Both the position numbers and the translations under genes were made by a program. Source: Tubiluchus corallicola (taxonomy: Eukaryota; Animalia; Priapulida). From it: a DNA stretch of 34,105 nucleotides. The stretch is taken from NCBI GenBank assembly GCA_030141605.1, contig JAQGDQ010001575.1, positions 1 to 34,105 of the forward strand. Direction: 5' to 3'. Under the pieces are notes generated by a model, which saw only the letters and a list, made by a program, of their open reading frames with translations, searched no databases and was not told the DNA's origin. Each line of letters begins with the position of its first letter. The stretch's first letter is position 1. This document shows, piece by piece, positions 28,198 through 34,105 of the stretch.

Positions 28198-29457
28198 CTC
28201 AGAGACACAGAAACAATGACACTGTCAAACACTCAGAGACACAGAAACAATGACATTGTCAAACACTCAGAGACACAGAAACAATGACACTGTCAAACGC
28301 TCAGAGACACAGAAACAATGACACTGTCAAATGCTCAGAGACACAGAAACAATGACACTGTCAAACACTCAGAGACACAGAAACAATGACACTGTCAAAC
28401 ACTCAGAGACACAGAAACAATGACACTGTCAAACACTCAGAGACACAGAAACAATGACACTGTCAAACACTCAGAGACACAGAAACAATGACACTGTCAA
28501 ACACTCAGAGACACAGAAACAATGACACTGTCAAACACTCAGAGACACAGAAACAATGACACTGTCAAACACTCAGAGACACAGAAACAATGACACTGTC
28601 AAACACTCAGAGACACAGAAACAATGACACTGTCAAACACTCAGAGACACAGAAACAATGACACTGTCAAACACTCAGAGACACAGAAACAATGACACTG
28701 TCAAACACTCAGAGACACAGAAACAATGACACTGTCAAACACTCAGAGACACAGAAACAATGACACTGTCAAACACTCAGAGACACAGAAACAATGACAC
28801 TGTCAAACACTCAGAGACACAGAAACAATGACACTGTCAAACACTCAGAGACACAGAAACAATGACACTGTCAAACACTCAGAGACACAGAAACAATGAC
28901 ACTGTCAAACACTCAGAGACACAGAAACAATGACACTGTCAAACACTCAGAGACACAGAAACAATGACACTGTCAAACACTCAGAGACACAGAAACAATG
29001 ACACTGTCAAACACTCAGAGACACAGAAACAATGACACTGTCAAACACTCAGAGACACAGAAACAATGACACTGTCAAACACTCAGAGACACAGAAACAA
29101 TGACACTGTCAAACACTCAGAGACACAGAAACAATGACACTGTCAAACACTCAGAGACACAGAAACAATGACACTGTCAAACACTCAGAGACACAGAAAC
29201 AATGACACTGTCAAACACTCAGAGACACAGAAACAATGACACTGTCAAACACTCAGAGACACAGAAACAATGATGCCTTACGAACACTCAGAGACACAGA
29301 AACAATGACACTGTCAAACACTCAGAGACACAGAAACAATGACACTGTCAAACACTCAGAGACACAGAAACAATGACACTGTCAAACACTCAGAGACACA
29401 GAAACAATGATGCCTTACGAACACTCAGAGACACAGAAACAATGACACTGTCAAACA
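28198..29457. repeat. 34-bp minisatellite (~37 copies)
   Basis: Head-to-tail unit CTCAGAGACACAGAAACAATGACACTGTCAAACA with no spacers. Confidence 0.97.
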
Positions 29458-29933
29458 CGTGACAACTAAGTGAAATAAAAAAGCTAGTTAAAAATTACAA
29501 TTGCGCTAAGAAAGGGTTACTATACGACAACCATTTAAACCAGCACATTTACAGCAGTTCAGTCAGTTGAAAAGTTCTTATGTAGTACCATACATGGCTA
29601 TTTCTTTTAAATTGTAATCGCAGAATTATTTTTATTGCGATTCATTGTTTGTTTTATTACTCCTTTAATTTTATTGTAAAAAGCAGAGAGATCTTGAGAT
29701 TTAGTGAGCGCGTTTTTATGAGTAAACTATTATTATTATTATTTACTAAAAGTCTTTGAAAGAAAGAAGAAAGAGTTAATGCTTTAGTCTCTGACCCACA
29801 GGTGGCGCTACAATAACCAGTACCAGTAAAAATCCCTTTAACTTTATCATACTAATTAATTTATTAATATGTAATGATCGTTGTTAGAGCAAAACTTCAG
29901 TATTAACTTTTAGGTAAAAAGAAATTGGTCTAC

Positions 29934-30376
29934 TATAGGTTTTACACGTCAAATGTAGACACAGGAAAGTTCAAATGTGACTTAGGTAAGTCAAATGTAG
30001 ATGCATTACTTTCAATAAATAAGTAATTAAGTTATTTAAGTGCAAATTAGAAAAAGATAAATCAAAGATAGCGCATCTATTAGTAGGCCTACAACGTTGT
30101 TATTTTAACTTAGGAGCAATTATTAAATTGAAATTAAAGGAGATTAAATTTATCATCCTCAAACTTTACCACCTATCCACATTTGAGATACCAATGTCAC
30201 ATTTGACTTGACACGTGTCTACATTTGACTTACCAAAAACGCTTAAGATTTGTTGAAAACCATTGTTAAAACATTTGAACTATCAAAGTCTACATTTGAG
30301 TTACCAAGACACATTTGAATTACCTAAATCTACATTTGAGTTAACGCAGGTCTACATTTGACATGTAAAACCTATA
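29934..30376 (-). mobile_element. foldback-like MITE, copy 3 (reverse orientation)
   Basis: Same TIRs. The internal sequence is the reverse complement of part of copy 1. Confidence 0.85.
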
Positions 30377-31770
30377 AAACACTTTTTAGCCTGGAACAGT
30401 GGTTGTTAGATGATTTCAAAGAGTTATTATAATGAAAACTAATTATAATTTATGAAGGGGTTAAAAATTTGCATGTAAATTCAATGACGAAATCAACGCA
30501 ATGACAAAATTACATTTACAGTTTATGATCTGCTACAAAATGTAAAATGTTAATAAAATCTACTGTAAGCTAATTTATTTCAGCATGAAATAGCTTCAGT
30601 AAATTAGCAGTAATTTACTAAAGTTAATTAAAAGTAGCTATCAAATGAAAACTAATTAATGGACATTTTAAGTTTAATTAAATAACTTGAAACGATGTAA
30701 TTGGTAAACGGTCCTAAGTATGAATAAATGGGTAAATGGGCTAGAGTACGCACAAAATAATGCGGGCATTAGTTCACAATAAGATTTGTAAATTAAAACA
30801 GAATGCTTAATTATGCACATACATTAATTATGCATTAATCAAAACAGAACAGTACGTCAATTATGATTTGAAGATCGTCCTCGACTAAGGCATGGCTGCA
30901 ACATTTTGTCAATGCGCACGATTTTGTTCGTAGTAGGACGTCAAGTTGAGTTTATTTATATAAACTCGTGTTTGCATACATAAGGAGCATTGTACTTTTT
31001 CTATTGTATTGTACTAATTCATGAGTACTTTGTTATCCTGGCAGGTATCTGTGTAGGCCTACAGCTTTATGTTTACTTTTGATGCCTCATTTTTGTGATT
31101 GTCGTATTTGTTTGGTCTTTTCACAATAAATTACTCTACTACTGATGTTTCTGGAGCACCCTGTGTCTACACGAATCACTGTTTCAGCACTAATACTGCT
31201 TCTTATTTTGCTTGGCAACTTAGTGAAACCATTTAATGGTATCAGATATATTCTAAGAGAATTTTTCTCTGGCGTCAGTATTTCAACCCTCGGAGGCAGG
31301 ATATTGTACAAACTTCGGAATTTCCGACGCATCACCTGAAATTTACACCGCTGAATAAATTAATTACGCGCGTGACAGCGTAGCACTTGCGAAAAGTCAA
31401 ACTACTATAGACGATTTGATAAATGGTCGTACTCCAACGCAAATATGCTCATTCATTAATGCTGAAATAATTCTCGAAAGACCGGCTTTATTGATTTCAC
31501 GTGTTTGATCAAGGGGTTAGAAACAATCTGACATCGACTGTTTATTTCCTACAGTTACATATTAAAAATTCCGCCATGGATTTGTGTATGGCAATTGTTC
31601 TGAAAATGACATGTTTTTTTTCGTCTGTTGGCTCCATGTCGCTACTTTTGACTGTTTGAAAATTTAAGCCGTTTATATATATATATATATATATATATAT
31701 GTTTACTGACTGATTCAGAGATAGTCGAACATGATATTTTGGTTCAGTCCATAGATAACTACAAAAAAGG

Positions 31771-31985
31771 ACTTTTGATCATATAACATGATCATTACTG
31801 CCAAAAAATAACTGAAGAATTATTTACAAATTCTCATTACACACTTATTATCGCCTTACATGATCATTACTGTCCAAAAACACCCCAAGAATTATTTACC
31901 AATTCACGATAAGCACTTTTGATCACATAACATGATCACTCCTGTCCAAAAATCGCTAAAGAGTTATTTACAAATTCACAATTTT
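31771..31985. repeat. three degenerate ~72-bp tandem copies
   Basis: ACATGATCA(T/C)T and TTATTTAC(A/C)AATTC each recur three times. Confidence 0.75.
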
Positions 31986-32414
31986 ACAACAAGAGCAACC
32001 GGTGACGAATTATGAGCATTTGCAGCTCTCTAGGCTAATGAAATTATGAAGCGCCCTCAGACGGAGAGACACAACTCGCCCGCACTCGTCTTGACTATTT
32101 TTTACTCGTGATATATATACTTTAGCGCCATTTATATAGCTTGAAGTAAACTAGCTGCAAATTTTCTAAATAAATTATAATTGCTGTTTAGTATAATTAA
32201 AGGGTTATGCAAAATATTGAAACGTTATATTCACTTTTAAGTTACATTTGGAAACCTTTTAGTAGGGTCCCCAAGCTTGCAGGGTCCTAAGCTGTAGCCT
32301 GTAGGATAATCTAGCCCTGGGCACAACACAAACAAAACCCCCTTTCAGGAGGGAAACTTAACCCAGCCTTCATAAAGAAGTCTGGCTTCTTTGAGTCTTT
32401 ATAAGTATCCATTA

Positions 32415-32832
32415 CCAAGTTTCACTGCCCAAACGTGTTGCCAAGTGTTCATTGCCCAGCTGTCAACTGCCCAAATGTCCACTACCGAATCGTCCTGCTG
32501 TCCAAGTGTCGACTGCCCAGGTGTCAACTGTCCAGGTGTCAACTGCCCAAATGTCCACTACAGAAACGTCCTACTGCCCAAGTGTCTCTGCGCAAGTGTC
32601 GACTGTCCAGGTGTCAACTGCCCAAATGTCCATCACCGAAATGTCCACTACCGAATCGTCCTGCTGTCCAAGTGTCGACTGCCCAGGTGTCAACTGAACA
32701 CATGTCCACTACAGAAACGTCCTACTGCCCAGGTGTCAACTGCCCAAATGTCCACTACCGAAACGTCCTACTGCCCAAGTGTCACTGCGCAAGTGCCGAC
32801 TGCCCAAGGGTCAACTGCCCAAATGTCCACGC
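32415..32832. repeat. 15-bp-subunit tandem repeat (ACTGCCCARRTGTC) with higher-order duplication
   Basis: Recurrent TGTCAACTGCCCAAATGTCC. The region is open in all three + frames. Confidence 0.85.
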
Positions 32833-33274
32833 CATAGCTGCTCAAGTCAGGATGTTGATTTCAGTTTGAAAGGAAAACCAGAACATTCGTTGCACACTCT
32901 GCACTAACTAAGCAAAAGTTTAAATCTCGTCGAAAAGATTGATAATATGTTTTTGGGGAGACAGTGGTGCACACTGGGAAGGTGAGCCAGTGACGTCTTA
33001 CCAGGTGGCGAGAGCAATTTTCTTTTCTAGTTACACAAGTCTTTTCAAGCAGGTAAGCGCAGTGCTTAGTCATATAACTCTGTGTGGAACACTTTGAGTA
33101 ATATAAGGTCTTTTAGTCTTTAAAATTAGCCTTTCTTCCCCTAAGCTATATCATTACAGCTATATCATTAAAAGATCATCAACATCAGAATGATCTATAC
33201 CAACACTATTATACAATGGCGTACAAATATTAGAGTCATAATTAATAAGCAATATAAAGAGTAAACCTAGCCAC

Positions 33275-33745
33275 TGGGGGGGGGGGCAAGCCAGCCCAAC
33301 TCAGTGCCGGTCCCAAGCCCGGATAAATAGGGAGGGTTAGGGTCAGGAAGGGCATCCGCCTGTAAAAACTGCGCCAAAACCTTCTATGAATGAGTCCGTG
33401 AGACTTAAAGGTAAAGTCCACAAAGGAGTGGTCAGACCCGCTCTAATCTATGGGCTGGAAGGAGCTTCTCTAAAGAAGACCGAAGAGAAGAAAATGGGTG
33501 TGGTGGAGATGATGATGTTGAGATGAATGGTGGGAATAACAAGAAGAGATAAAATTAGAAATAATAATATCAGGGAAATAGAAGAAGAGGACGACCCAAG
33601 CTTAGATGGATTGAATGTATTAATGGAGACCTTAGAGAGAAGAACATAAACGAAGAGATGGTCAACAACAGGAATGCATGGAGAAGACTTATTCACAACG
33701 GCGACCTCGCATAGGGAAAAGCTGGGAAGAAGAGGAAGAAGAAGA
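33275..33745 (+). mobile_element. internally deleted, non-autonomous RTE derivative (5' UTR-like part plus ORF 3' end)
   Basis: AGGAAGGGCATCCG motif, then VRLKGKVHKGVVRPALIYGLE...MLR*MVGITRRDKIRN. The final ~170 bp are nearly identical to 21097-21270, with a GAA tail. Confidence 0.8.
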
Positions 33746-33869
33746 ATTGCAATTTCCGCGTTGTGAACAGATATAGAATAAAGATGTTAGCTCAACATGC
33801 TCTTTCTAACTGTGCTGTTCTGGCCCCTCTACATGCAGCCGCATAATTGTTCAATTAACAGGCTCTATG

Positions 33870-34105
33870 TCGTCATCATCTTCATTATCATTTTCATTGT
33901 AATTATTGTCATCACCAACGTTATCATTTATTGTCATTATCATCGAGTTTACCACCATCACTGCCATTATTATCACATTTATTGTTATTGTTACGTCATA
34001 ATGATCATCATCAATGTTACGTCATCATCAATGCACTGTCATCACCATTCTATTATCATTATCGTTATTGATGACATTATTGTCATCATCATCATGATCA
34101 TCATC
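33870..34105. repeat. degenerate (ATC/ATT)n low-complexity tract
   Basis: Directly visible. Confidence 0.8.

Noticed and set aside
28198-29457. CRISPR-like array (34-bp repeat)
   Set aside because: Units are head-to-tail with no unique spacers, there are no cas genes, and the context is eukaryotic.
31087-31339. Overlapping 82-aa and 64-aa ORFs
   Set aside because: No recognisable motif. An acceptor-like site near 31337 lacks a convincing donor.
32391-32869. Cys-rich metallothionein/keratin-like ORFs
   Set aside because: All three frames are open because of a 15-bp DNA repeat; no convincing start or splice context.

Overview
AT-rich, repeat-dense animal (probably invertebrate) nuclear DNA, not prokaryotic. 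1-4557 is the 3' part of a decayed Ty3/gypsy LTR retrotransposon with the Gmr1-type domain order (integrase before RT-RNase H), two frameshifts, a polypurine tract and a putative 3' LTR. The main result is absent from the ORF track: a minus-strand gene of five small coding exons (25935-25867, 24750-24708, 15249-15181, 12301-12242, 10473-10346). All have canonical GT-AG sites and compatible phases, and they splice into a 122-aa neuropeptide/hormone-like precursor: signal peptide, RSKR, QQWIPWNTGMQGQRK, GKR amidation/cleavage site, acidic C-terminal peptide. The rest is LINE fragments (CR1/L2-like, RTE), piggyBac-, hAT- and Kolobok-like non-autonomous elements, SINE and Helentron-like remnants, minisatellites (34, 37, 56, 93 bp) and microsatellites. 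These repeats produce most of the spurious ORFs. Everything was read by eye; no searches were run.
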